From Kudoa neothunni (Eukaryota > Animalia > Cnidaria), in contig OZ199838.1 of assembly GCA_964304625.1 (NCBI GenBank), positions 11,619,608 to 11,683,607 of the forward strand: 64,000 nt of DNA. The letters run 5' to 3'. Shown in pieces: positions 39,583 to 51,919 of the stretch. The notes beneath the pieces are model-generated. The model made no database searches. It saw nothing but the letters and a program-made list of their open reading frames with translations, and was not told where the DNA came from. A program made the translations under genes and the position numbers. Numbering within the stretch: position 1 is the stretch's first letter; every line of letters begins with the position of its first letter.

Positions 39583-42500
39583 CTAGTTTTTCTTTTTGAA
39601 AATCACGAATCCGATTGCACCTGCAATCATAACTCCAATGACAGCAACCACTATAATTCTAAAATAATTTTATTTCAAAAGTAAATAATTTTTCTATCCA
39701 TACATGACAAGAGTTTTAGAACTAAATAATAGATTAAATAATTAATTTTTTAACAATTAAACAAACCTTGAGCTGCTCTTTGCACCTAATAATAACGATT
39801 TAAAATATCATAAAGTAAATCGTGTTTTACCTTGTTCAATTACAGCCTCGCCATAAATCGAAGAATCCCTAGAACTGTAAACAATCAAATGATAACTGTT
39901 ACCATCTGCTATCCCGCTGATTGTAAATGATTTGCAAGTCGGGAGTGTTCTACATCCAGTATCATTTGACCTCATGCATCGTTTCACTATTGGCATCGAT
40001 TTGACACTGGAATTGAGTAATTTCCATTTGCATTTTGACTTGTCATCAAGACTAGAGGGAAGTGTATTTTCAATATTGAATACCTCACCATCTCTTGTTA
40101 TAGTTACAAATATTATTTTCTCCTTTTCTGTTGGGTTCCCTTTTGGAGCCGCTATATGATTATTTTAATATTTGTCTAGATATATTTTAGTTACTGGGTA
40201 ATATTGTGATTTCTTTGGTAGAAGATTTTTTCACAGCTGTGACCAACACTTTATATTCGTCCTTTGCATCATAATCATTGAATATAATCGAACTGCATAA
40301 TGGAGGAGATGCACATGCGTTTGGATTTTGAGGAGCTGCTGTTGTTGTCGTTGTAGTAGTAGTAGTAGATGCAGTTGTTACAGCTATATTTGTTTGAATT
40401 TCGCCAGTTCTTGCAATATTTGACCAAATAACTGTTGATTTAGGAGTAGAAATTTGGAAAGTGCTAGTTTCCTGTTGATTAGAGCTAGGTTCAGACACAA
40501 CTGGTGTGTTTGGTGGAGTCTTAGGAGTTTCTGGAGCTGTTGATGATATCTCAGGTGCCTCACACGTATATACGCTATCGAACTTGTCATTATTCTTGAT
40601 TTTAATTGTATAATGACAAATGGCTTCTGGAACTTTTTTTGACAACTGTGCATTCAACTCTAAACCTCTCCCAGTATATTTTTGTGAAATCGTCAATGTT
40701 GCCAAATCTATTTTTTAATTATGTATAATCATTTGAAAAATATACTTGTGATGACATTTCCATAAACGTGCTCTTTATATTCTTTGTCAGCAACGACTTT
40801 AATATCATAGGAAGTGTTTGGTTCGAGATCAATGATGGTTATTGACTCTCTACATCTTCCCCTACAAGGGTTCGTCTCAGTGCATGTAGCAGCGTAAAAT
40901 GTATTTTTTCCTGCAGGACTTATGAAATATTCACAGTTTGGCTCATCTTTCTTAACAGTGCCACCTGCGCCTCCGATGGCTGTCACCGTAGTTGTTGACT
41001 CTGTTTTAGTTGGGGCTGTTGTTTGGAAAGTTGTATCTTCATCTTTTTTGTCTGTATAAAATTTATGGCGCTAACAATTTGTCGTTTTTAATTATTTACC
41101 TGTCCTTATAAGAATTTGTTCTTTAAAAGAAGCCGGAATACTGTCACCAGTAGATTCAATTTCAATAATATAAGGTTTTCCTGCAGATAAGTTCTCAATC
41201 ACTAACTTATTGCAATCTGTTTTGCAGGTGGTCCCATCATTACTAGTATCGCGGCTACATGCAGGAGAAGTTGGTGCATTTGGTTTAATTTTGTCAGCAG
41301 CATAATGTTTCAGTGTGCAAGTATCAAACTTGGCAACTCCTTCTGTTTCAGGCTTAAAAAGTGCTACGTTCAATGATACACCCTGCTTCGTATATGCAGA
41401 CAGCAATCCTACTTCAGTCTCTGCTATTGCTATATAAATGAATTATAGTGTTTTAATGTTTACTATATAGATACCAAATTTCTTCTGATTGAATCCTTCT
41501 AAACCATTAGTAGTAATTTTTGTAAGGTCATGATTTCTGGTTTGAATTAATACTTGATATATTTCTTTTGGTTCAGTTACCGTAAGTTCAATGTCCTTAC
41601 ACGGTGCGTAACACATTCCATCCGTATTTCCACATTTAGATTCAAATGGCTTATTATTTCCTGCATCTTTGCCATCTTTTATACTGAAAACGCATATTTC
41701 AGAGGATATTATTGAACCTGTGAATTTAATTAACAACTTTTTAGTATCCGTCTTTTTTGTAACATAATATTGAGGTTCGTAAATAGCCATGTTTTTCTTC
41801 ATGTATGTATTTGGCATATGGTAGAAGAAACTGGGATAATTCACACACCTCATCTCATAATGAGGAATTAATAGATCGAATTCCAAAGCTTCAGCTGTGT
41901 TATCCACATCGCATGACGCTCCTTTTGTGCCAACACTGAAATTGGCATCCTTGTAATAGATGGGACAATCAACGTTAGTACATGTTTTTGCTGCAAGTTT
42001 TAATTTCTTATTATCATCAGATATAGTTACTTGAGGATTTACTATTAATGCTAAAATTTTAGGTCATTAATTAATTAGAATAATTACTTAATTACGTGTT
42101 GACAACCCAAACACTTTTCCACCTTTTTTGTGTTCCTCTCCTATAAGCCCATCTTTGTTTTCACCAACTTTTATGTGTATATATTTTGTTCTTGGTGAAA
42201 GACTGTTAAAAAGGTCTTGGTAATCTTGTTTGTTACATTCGATTATACATTTGGTATCATCTCCAGCTTCATTTCCATTGCAACTTGTTATATCTTCAAA
42301 GGCGGCTGCAGCTGAATTTACGATGGTTTTTGCTTCATTTGATATGATTATGCGGCACTTTTTGCCAACCGGATATTGTGTGCCACCAAGCTTATATTTA
42401 AATTGATTTTTTTTACTGGTTTCGTCGAAGACAATCTGGTATGTTAGCGTAGCCTCTGGCGTAGGTGCTGCCTGGGATGCTTTATTTGCTCTTACACATA

Positions 42501-42590
42501 GTAATTTGAGAAAAACTAATATAAATTAAATTAATTATAATGAAGTATGTATATACTAAAAAAGTAACACAACGATCGAGTCTTTAACAT
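39583..42590 (-). CDS. Uncharacterised type I membrane protein (~870 aa) with 6-7 Cys-rich FN3-like repeats. Exons 42590-42557, 42515-42096, 42050-41475, 41429-41100, 41051-40746, 40707-40195, 40151-39831, 39785-39767, 39721-39704, 39658-39583
   Basis: Signal-peptide-like N-terminus MLKTRSLCYFFIFLKLLCVRA. Repeats contain C..C-x5-10-C-x3-5-C followed by an FN3-like motif (e.g. IIDLEPNTSYDIKV, IENLSAGKPYIIEI). TM segment IIIVVAVIGVMIAGAIGFVIF, then KKKN*. Exon lengths sum to 2613 nt, in frame. Confidence 0.85.
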
Positions 42591-42702
42591 AGTTAGTAGT
42601 ATTACAGTAATAAATGATTTGAGTCGGATACATGAATACCATAATATGATCAAAACATTTCGGATGGAAATGAAATTCAATCGATTAAATTTTAATAATT
42701 AA

Positions 42703-43826
42703 TCCTAATATATAAAGCAGTAGCGTCTGTGTGTGTTCGCGAATTCATATTCTTATACATAGATTTTTTTTATTATTTGAGTGTTTTAATATACGTTAGA
42801 AAATATAACAGGGTTGTCTTTTTGCTTATTAGGTGGTGAATTGGTAGTGCAAACTTTTTGCAGGCAGATCAGAGATGACGATAATGAGGTTACCACTGCA
42901 CGTGATTTACTAATGGGTTCAGTGGTAAGTGTAAATAACAGTGATTTTCAATATGTCAATACAGTTGTACTATCTAATTTTACTCTTTGAAAGTAGTTCA
43001 CACGATCTACAACATTTGTTCGTACGTAGGCGGGGAACACGGCTTAAATGATGATTTGTTATTTAAGGTAAGGTTAATTCGGGTGGAAAATTGTTTAATT
43101 TGCAAGTTTAAATAGCGTTAAATGTCTTCATTATTTTTATATGAATTTAAAATAAAGTTACCATATTTACGCTACGTCCAAAGTGCAAAAAAATCTTTTA
43201 AATCAATAAATTAGTCGTCTGGTTAGTTAAAGCGATTAATACGCCATAATATGATTAAGAAAATTCAATTTTTAGTTGAAGACAAGGTCCCTTAAGTGGA
43301 AAACGACAATCGAAACGAAGATATAAACAAATAATGAGTTTATTTTGCTCAAACAGGGGTTATATAAAGGGATTAATATTTTATTAATTTTCCTCGTATT
43401 TTTTTAATTTAAATTAGCCCACTCCGAGGCCAAGCCGGGGTTTTCGCTCTATATAGATAGATAAAGTAGTAGAATCTGTGAATGTGTATACATTTAATAT
43501 TGTTATCAATACGATTTCATCATCATCGTAGTTTTAATAAAATAGAATTATTATTTTTTAAAATCGGGATTATTTTGCGCGCCGTTTAGATAATGGTAAT
43601 TTTATGGTGTAAAGTCTACAAAACTCTAAAAGAAAATTAAAATGCTACGAAATAGGATTATGTCCACTTATTAGTTAACTAAATATAACTTTATTCGTGT
43701 AATCTTCGTGCCATTTATTTAAATAAACTTATTTTACTTTATAATCAAAAAGGCTTTAGTCTACGCCTGGGTTTAGCCTATTTGGCTGGGCAAGGAAGCC
43801 TTCGCGAAGCGGGGCTTTTGCGCTAG
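42703..43826 (+). mobile_element. Non-autonomous Helitron-like element(s), tandem or read-through
   Basis: 5' end A|TCctaatatataaag...gtctgtgtgtgt. GC hairpin at 43421-43441 without a following CTAG. Second TC start tctatatag at ~43448. GC hairpin at 43796-43817 followed by CTAG|T at 43823-43827. Confidence 0.6.
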
Positions 43827-43966
43827 TTACATTATACTTGTTTAACGATGAATTAATTAATATGAGTTTTATTATTAACTAAAAATTATATTATTTATAT
43901 TTTCGTTGAGAAAATATTTTTCATATTACCATATAATTAACTTACTAAGTCACATGAAAATTTACG

Positions 43967-45063
43967 CCCTCCAAGTATGATTTGAGTCCAAAAGACACTA
44001 CGTTCTTATTTGATAAAATATTTGATCGATTATATATTCAGTAATTTCATAAATGACATCATGTAATATTGTGAGCACATGTGCGAATGATGAAGAAATA
44101 TTTTAACCACGGCGTATGTATTATTCTTAGGACCACATATTTTCTATAAACAACTCAAAATTTAGCTTATTTAGTAAAATTAATTCTTAATTAAGTTTTC
44201 TCTTAAAGTGATAAAAAACATCATAATCTTAGCATAGACTATTGCATAAAACAGGTTACATAGATATGCTTGAAATGTTTATTAGGGCGGAAACAATGCG
44301 TGAGAAACCCACCTAAATATGCCGTAGTTCACCAAAGTGGCAAAAATTTCCGGATTTTTTTGTTACCTCAATATTTCCCATACAATCAAAATGTGAAACT
44401 CGCATTATTTGGAGAAATTTATGTAATGAGAATAAATCAAGATATATCTATCCTTCTTCTAACCCAAATATCTCTTTAACCGATTCTCGATTATCCCTGT
44501 GATATCTCATTAGAAATAAACAGCTAATGAACCCATCCAATTCGATCCATCTATCACCAAAAATTTTTCCACCCATGTACTGGTATGTTTTAAAATAATG
44601 GCGTATATAACATAACTAAATAATATTCTAAAAGTATCAATTGTATTTTTCAATAAAAACGGAGAAATACCAGGACAACTATTCATAATATTTGCAACAC
44701 ATGTTCTAGATGTCAACGGCGAGTTCATTGACCGTACCATTCCGTTCTTGTGTATTAATGAGTTAAATTGTATATCTGTATCAATATCAAATTTTTCTAA
44801 CGATAAATAATTATGAAACGATGAAAATGAATCTGAAGACTCCATATCGGAGTAATTATTATTAAGATCACTTGAACACATTATAGCGATTAATTATGGT
44901 GCCTGCGCAATGTAGATTAAGATATGATATTCATGCAATAAAAATATATTTACTCGATAGAAGTTTTTTAAAGTTTCCCCCAACATTTAAATCAATATTT
45001 TGGATAATTAGTTGAAAACTAATGTCGCCTGGAATCCAAAAGACCCCAATTATACTTAGAGGG
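43967..45063 (-). mobile_element. piggyBac internal-deletion derivative retaining the transposase N-terminus (ORF 44510-44881)
   Basis: Terminal repeats ccctccaagtatgatttgagtc and gaccccaattatacttagaggg|TTAA. The ORF aligns with the N-terminal ORF 51188-51673 (DIQFNSLIHKNG vs NIQINSILDKNG; ILKHT vs VFKYT). Confidence 0.8.
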
Positions 45064-48000
45064 TTAACTGGAAAATTAATAAAATTTTATTAAAAAATTT
45101 ATCATATAAAATAGGATGGATTCTCTACGATGTATATTCAGCAATGGTGAAAAATCATATTTTAACTTAAACATAATAATGGTAGGATTATAATTATCAA
45201 TGAAATATTCAGAAATAAACTCTGAGTTTTATAATAAATTAATAAGTTAGCATAATTGTTTATATTAATTGAGTAAATTAATTGGAACTGTATTTGATTT
45301 GATTATTAAATGTTTATTAGAGGGGCTATATGATGAGTTCATATTTTAACCAAATTACCCCTTGAAATCGACTATTATTTATAATTTTATAGCTTATTGT
45401 TAATAATTAAAATAGATTGTTGAAAATTGTATTACTAACCTATAGTCTCTTTGTATATAATCATCTATTATTAAAAAGTCGAAAGTATTATTATTTATTT
45501 ATGAGATTTCTTAACAATAGTGTGAAACTAATACGCCAATGAAATTTGAATAGCATAATGGCTCAAAATCCAGATTTCCACAGAAGCATTTAATTAGTTA
45601 TTTTAAATTTTTATTATGTAAAAAATTATTGGCCAAAAAACATAAAAACCGAGATCCAAACTGTGAAATGTACAACCTTTTCCTACTAAAGTCTTATACT
45701 TTATTTTTAAATTTTATCTCTTGAATTATGCTTATCGAACACAAATTAAAAATAAATTATAGTTGATGAATATAATCTTGAGCTATAAAATTGTTTGAAA
45801 ATTAATTAGTAAGTAAATAATTTTTCTAAACAAATAAAATGAAAAAACTTATTTAATTTTTGAACAAACATTTTTCAATAAGTCTTGGAAGAATTTAAAA
45901 TGAATCCTATAGGGGGAAACATTATTAACGATAACAATAAACATTGCGCTACATTTTGAGAGTTCATTGGGAAAGACAAATTCCAGCTTACAAATAAAAA
46001 ACACATATTCCCTATAATTGTAATGAAATAAACGCCGATATAATGGATCAACGATAAAAACCTGCTAGAGTCATTTTTAAATAGGGCTATATGAGTCAGA
46101 AAAACTTTTTACATAAAATCGAAAAGATTACAATTGGGATTTCATTTCGAACATCATTATTAAATATATTTAAAGAATAACTTAGGAAGAAAAAATTAGT
46201 TAATACGTACTCTCTTTCTAACATCAATATAATCGAACATTGATGAAGATTATTCCTCGAATGGTGGGAATGGATTCTGACTGAAGCACAGGTTTTAATA
46301 CCTGAAAGATGTAATAAATAATAATTATCTATTTATCTGAACAATGTCTCCATGTATTTTTAGTATTATTCCAAGTCAGCGTTTTATAAGTCTCATAATC
46401 TATTATACATGCAAAAAGTAGTGTGTGATATGTTGTTTGTAATGACAAATATGCACGATCAATTCAAAAATTTTTCCTTATGTAATTTCCTATTTAGAAA
46501 TATTAATTTTGGCTATAATTTAACTATTTTTTTAAGTCACTTACTTAAACCACAAAAGCATTTCTATTAAGTGAGAAATATAATAAACCCTCAGGTATCC
46601 GACTAAAATTTTTCAACAACCATATACAGGCAACGTATTAACTTTATTCATTTTGATAACCGACAATGGAATACGAGTAGAAAAGCTTTATATACTCATT
46701 TGTTTCTTCCATTCTAGACATATTTCCTTTGGGCTAAAGTTATTAATATCTTTATTTTACTTGGAGTATTGTAATTGACAGCCTAATAATTGTTTAGAAT
46801 TCACGATGCATCCATCATTCGACATGGTTTGTAATTAGAAATTTATGTGCGCCGTATCGAATGATAATCTATGTACAATAGACTTTATATATTTAATGTA
46901 AGAATGTTTCCATTAATGACTCACGAAAAATATTTTTTTTCCAATTAATATTACACAATAAAATAAATTATAACTAAAATTTATAAAATATAGAAAATTA
47001 TTCAACACACATTACCCACTAATTTAATTAATATATATACATATATATTAGAAAAATTAAATCACCCCAATTACATAATCATGAATTTTTAAAGCGTATA
47101 TTTAAGACGTAAAAATAAAAAAGTTAATTATAATTTATGAGTAATTCAATTTCAATTTCTAGTAGAAATTACGTAATATTTCCTTAATTTCTAAAAATGA
47201 TTTTCTAACAAAAATTTCTAAACTAAATAAATATGATTTGAGACATATTATTTCCCAAGTTATGCGTTAACTAAATCGAAAAATGCTAATAAATGACTTA
47301 AAGAACGCAATTTACTCGTTTACTATTAAATCTCAATAATAAAAATTTTAATGTGACGAACAATTGGAATAATGAACTTCACCCAATAACTGAATATAAA
47401 TAGGAATTCTAGTTGTTTATTGCAAAATAGCAGACTTAATGTGGTTCCTTTGGACTTGGATCGAAATAGGGTTTGGACAAAATTTAGAAGTTATTTGTTC
47501 TTATCGAGTTTAAATCATACAATATTCTTTTTCATAAATAACAATAATTTGAAAAATAGAAAATAAATAAGTGTAAGACGGCTATTTTCAGATGTCACAT
47601 ACATTATCATTACCTATTTAATACGAGAATAATATAAAATTAAAAAATAATATGTATTCAATTTTATGTAGATTGCATATTCTTTCGACCAAATTTACAC
47701 AAAATTCGATATTCTCACATATAAAAACACATATTCCTATCAATAGTATTATAATTTGTTGTGAAGGTATTTGATGATGCTAACAATAAGGGGATAATGA
47801 ATATTTATTTTGGAAGTTTTTACTTTAAAAAATGGTTTCTACAAAAACTTTTTATATTACATGATATAACATGCTGTTGATCACTTGTCTCTGACCACGA
47901 TTTAATGGGCCTATAAAATAATCTTATAAAATGCGATCTAAGACCTTCTAAAATAATTTTCATTATTATTTCATAATAAGAATAAAAAAGGTAATTGAAT

Positions 48001-48651
48001 GTCTGAAATCGATTTTTAATGCAGTTTGTTAATCCAAAATTAGTCATGAAATGTATTCCGCGCGGATAGGTGCTGTTTACTCTTCTTCTCATTATGACAA
48101 AAAGTTATCAATAAATAGCATATATTAAGACTACGTTTGAATTTTTTTATAATAATTGGTCAGGTATCAATAAATAACTTTACAAGTTGCCACAGTTATT
48201 GAATTTAAAATTTTTTTTTCTGTAGAGTTAAATTTTTAATTTCAAACATCAAGCTAATAGCATCTCATTTATTTTATGATATCCTGAAATTCATTAAATT
48301 TAACGAGATATAGATATTTGGAACGCAAATATGTTCCTCCAAAATTTCACTTTTTAATATCTAACTTCAGCCTTGAATGTAAATTCTAGGGTTAACCATA
48401 GTGTTACAAATAGATGAGATCAGTAATATCAACAATTAATATTATAAAGTTTAAATTATTTAAAACTGAAATAGATATCTCTAAATCTATTCATTGCTCA
48501 ATTTTGATCAATGGACTTGTCGATCAGCGTATTTTTGATATTCACTCAAGAAATGGAAAATGAGAGTAATATCATTTAAAATTTATGGCTGAAATGCAAG
48601 ATAGTTCAACATTAGTAAAAATTAGCGTATAATTTTTGCGTTTTCAACATG

Positions 48652-48662
48652 GCGCAGGCGCA
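48652..48662. promoter_or_regulatory. NRF1-like GCGCNNGCGCA motif upstream of PCNP
   Basis: gcgcaggcgca lies in otherwise very AT-rich sequence. Similar motifs precede other housekeeping genes in the window. Confidence 0.4.
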
Positions 48663-48900
48663 ACAATGAAAGAAAGCTAGCGACTGAATTAGATTTCAAT
48701 TTATATTAAAAATGAAATAATTTTTAATTTTAATATAAATAACGAAAAATATTCATTAATTCTGAATAAATTTAATACTTATTTACCTTTGGTAAGACAT
48801 AAAATAATTTTTGATATATGCGCGAGTTTCTTCTGAGATTTTTAGAACGTTTATTCCCACCAGTAGAATCCGATAAAACCGACAAGTGTATAATTGAAAT

Positions 48901-49520
48901 ATGAATAAAAATAATTATGATGGCATGTTTTGTCTCCATGAGCTCTTAAATAACATAAAATTAGAATATTTGAACAATCATCCAAATGACCCATACGACC
49001 CTTTTAAAGTGTGTTTAGATGATGAAAGTATATTAGAGCCAGTAGGGTTTTCTTTATTTGGCACTGGCAGCTCTATTTTGGAACCAAAACTTCCTCCAAA
49101 ATCCAAAGTGATTCTTGTATTTTAAACAAACTGAAGAATCTGTAGATTTCTAAATCACTGCCTCAAACTATACTTCCTAAATCGGGCTCTGTTTTTGGCG
49201 ATGAGGACGATGAAGGGGATGCGTTAGGAGATTCGGCCGCTACTCCAGAAAAAACCACATCATCCAATGTGGTTAGAAATTATGGAATTTTTTATATAAT
49301 ATTGATTGTAGGGTGATTCGGTTCCAAAGCATGCGAAGCTCCGTATGAGGAATATGGGAAAGTTGGTTTATTATGTTGTTACTCGTTATTAAATTCTTTT
49401 AGAGAAACCACGAAATCTACTGGGCCAAACTCATTCTACAATATTAGAGACAGTGGATTTGTTGGGAAAAAACTCTGGCAGAAAAACATGGAAGAGATAT
49501 CTAAACACATGGATGATTAA
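48901..49520 (+). CDS. PCNP: PEST proteolytic signal-containing nuclear protein homolog, 4 coding exons (5' end tentative)
   Basis: The spliced C-terminus SVFGDEDDE...VPKHAKLRMRNMGKETTKSTGPNSF...GFVGKKLWQKNM matches the PCNP signature [25 protein letters not shown]...KLWE. Introns at 49108-49145, ~49272-49311 and ~49362-49402. Confidence 0.82.
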
Positions 49521-49708
49521 TTTTTTGTTTGTAGTTTTGTAGTGTATTTTCTGTGTTGCTGCATGCGTAGCTTTTGTTTAGATTTGGCCATGGGTTTACA
49601 GATTATTATTAACTTGAAAATCGAACCAGTCTAAATATTCTCTGAGAAATGGTCTTTATTTCTCGATTAGTTTTGCGCGTTTTTCAACGTCATACTTATT
49701 TAATTTAA

Positions 49709-51919
49709 CTCATTTTATGTACATACACCAAGTTATTTTGGGATATAAATACACTCCATATTTTTTTTTGATAAAACAAATAATAAAAATATTGTTAATT
49801 TGAGAAAATTTTAGATAATCCTATCGAATAAATTTGGGTAATTAGCCACAAACTGTTTTAATTGTCATTCGCGTACGCGCAATAAGTTTAAGATGTCTCT
49901 ATTTTGGCATATATTTTGAATATTTATTAAATTTACTCCCTTATTTTTTCGTCAAACTATGCTTAAGTTACGGATAAGTAATCATAACGCCTATATATCA
50001 AAAAACACATGCAAAATACTCCTAAATGACAAGAAAATAGAATGAATGTTAGTGTTAATGATTCAAACATATCGTACAAATATATTTTGAGTGGTGCTTA
50101 CAACAAGGAGAAGAACAGATATCACATCTTACTGTTGTTTTTCTGTCTTTTTTCTTATACAAAATCGACATCTGGAATAATTGATGTTGATTGATGAATC
50201 TCTGGATGTATTTAACGGGTTAACTGGTATCAAGTTTTGGTTTTTCCTTGAAACTAATGGACCAGCTAACTGTTCAACTATCATTTTTAGGAAATCCCTC
50301 CTCATAAGATTTGACGAATTAGATACGCTTTTGTAAATACAAAAAGTGATGATAAATGAAATGTCCAACATTAAAAAAACGACGAGTGACCAACGACGTG
50401 TGATTCTTTTCATACTCACTGATGCTAACAATCTAGCAATCGTATGAACCCCACCTTTTATAGCGTTAAAGTAAACTACAACATCAGGTTTATGTGGCGG
50501 TTCTGTCGCTGTGTGAACGTTGGCCGTCGAAGACCAAAGCATATAGACTGGTTTATTTTTGCGCGTTAGGTATCTTAATATCATTTTTTGCCGTGAAAAA
50601 TAAATTTGGAATAATTAATGGGGCTGTTTTTTTAGGTTGCAAGTAGGAAAAGATTTCCCTTTTATTTGAGGTTATCGTCCCAACTACCGTAATTCTTCCC
50701 TCGAGCAAATCTTCGGCCAGCTCAACCAAGGTAAATAAATTGTCACACACTAAATTCCTCCCCGAACCATAAAACGGTTCTAATAGCTGTAAAACAATAT
50801 TTTTACCACCGTTAACTGCTCTAACAACTTCATTATTTCTTTTCCCCCAATACACACTTACGTTAGATACATAGGTTGATTCAGGATCGACCAACAAAAA
50901 AATTTGATTCCGTATTTGGCTGGCTTCGACAGCATATACTGTTTAAATTTGCAGCGACCTCTGAAAACAACTTATTGCTCGTCGATGCAGGGATCTTCTC
51001 AAGTATGAAAGCTTCGAATGAGTAAATTATGCCAAATATTCCATAATTCGCGGATATGACAAAATTTATCGGTTCCCAAGTCGTCAAAATGGAGAGATCG
51101 CATTATTTGTCTAAATCGATTAAAAGTAAATAAATCGCGGTAAATCTTTCTCCCTTCATCTGGGCCAGATAGTTCCAAAATAGGTTCTTAATTATCCCTA
51201 TGTACACCTATCAACAAAAGACATCCGATAAAGCCATCCAATTCCATTTGGTCTAACTCTGTCCAGGCATTGCCGAAAATGTGTTCTCCGCATTGATTTG
51301 TGTATTTAAAAACAATTTCATACATTTTTTCGTTAAAAAATACTCGGAACAAATCAGTTGCATTATTTGCATGTTGAGATATCCAAGGAGCAATACTGAA
51401 GCGATTATACATCGTGTTTTCGGCTGCTGTTCTAATGGGTAAGGGAGGTTCAATCTCCCACAAAGTTCCATTTTTATCCAAAATTGAATTTATCTGGATA
51501 TTTGAATCAACATCGTAACCATTCGATGAAATATCATCCGTAAGAAAATAATCGTTGTCTGATGAATCAGTATCAGAGCAGCTCCCACTATAATCACTAA
51601 AACTCATTCGAAAGTAAATAATTCTGTGCAAGCTCGTAAATAAATTAAAAGTAATGTTTGTTGATTTGCTCAAAATTTATTCAATAAGATTCTCTCAAAA
51701 CTTGCACAAAGATATATTTTAACATTTTATATAGTTTTGTTGGAAGGAATAATAAAGATAATTTTTTCCCTAATTATAAAAAATAAAATTTAAATTTTAG
51801 TAGAAAAAAATATTTTTGGATTAGAAAGGTCCGTTAAAGAGATTTTGATATTTTATGTGGTACAAAATTGAAGTCTAGAATCGTTTGGGGTATAAATATA
51901 CACTATATTTTATAGAGTG
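49709..51919 (-). mobile_element. Decayed piggyBac element (transposase pseudogene ~50080-51610)
   Basis: Motifs FIGCLLLIGV, CIDEQ*, VCDNLFT and FNAIKGGVH (third catalytic D replaced by H), then RRWSLVVF and a Cys-rich tail (CRFC). Ends gagtg|TTAA, with the ggg.tataaata.ac motif near both ends. The left boundary is approximate. Confidence 0.88.

Noticed and set aside
45900-46900. Degraded transposase-like composition
   Set aside because: No diagnostic motif or termini were found.
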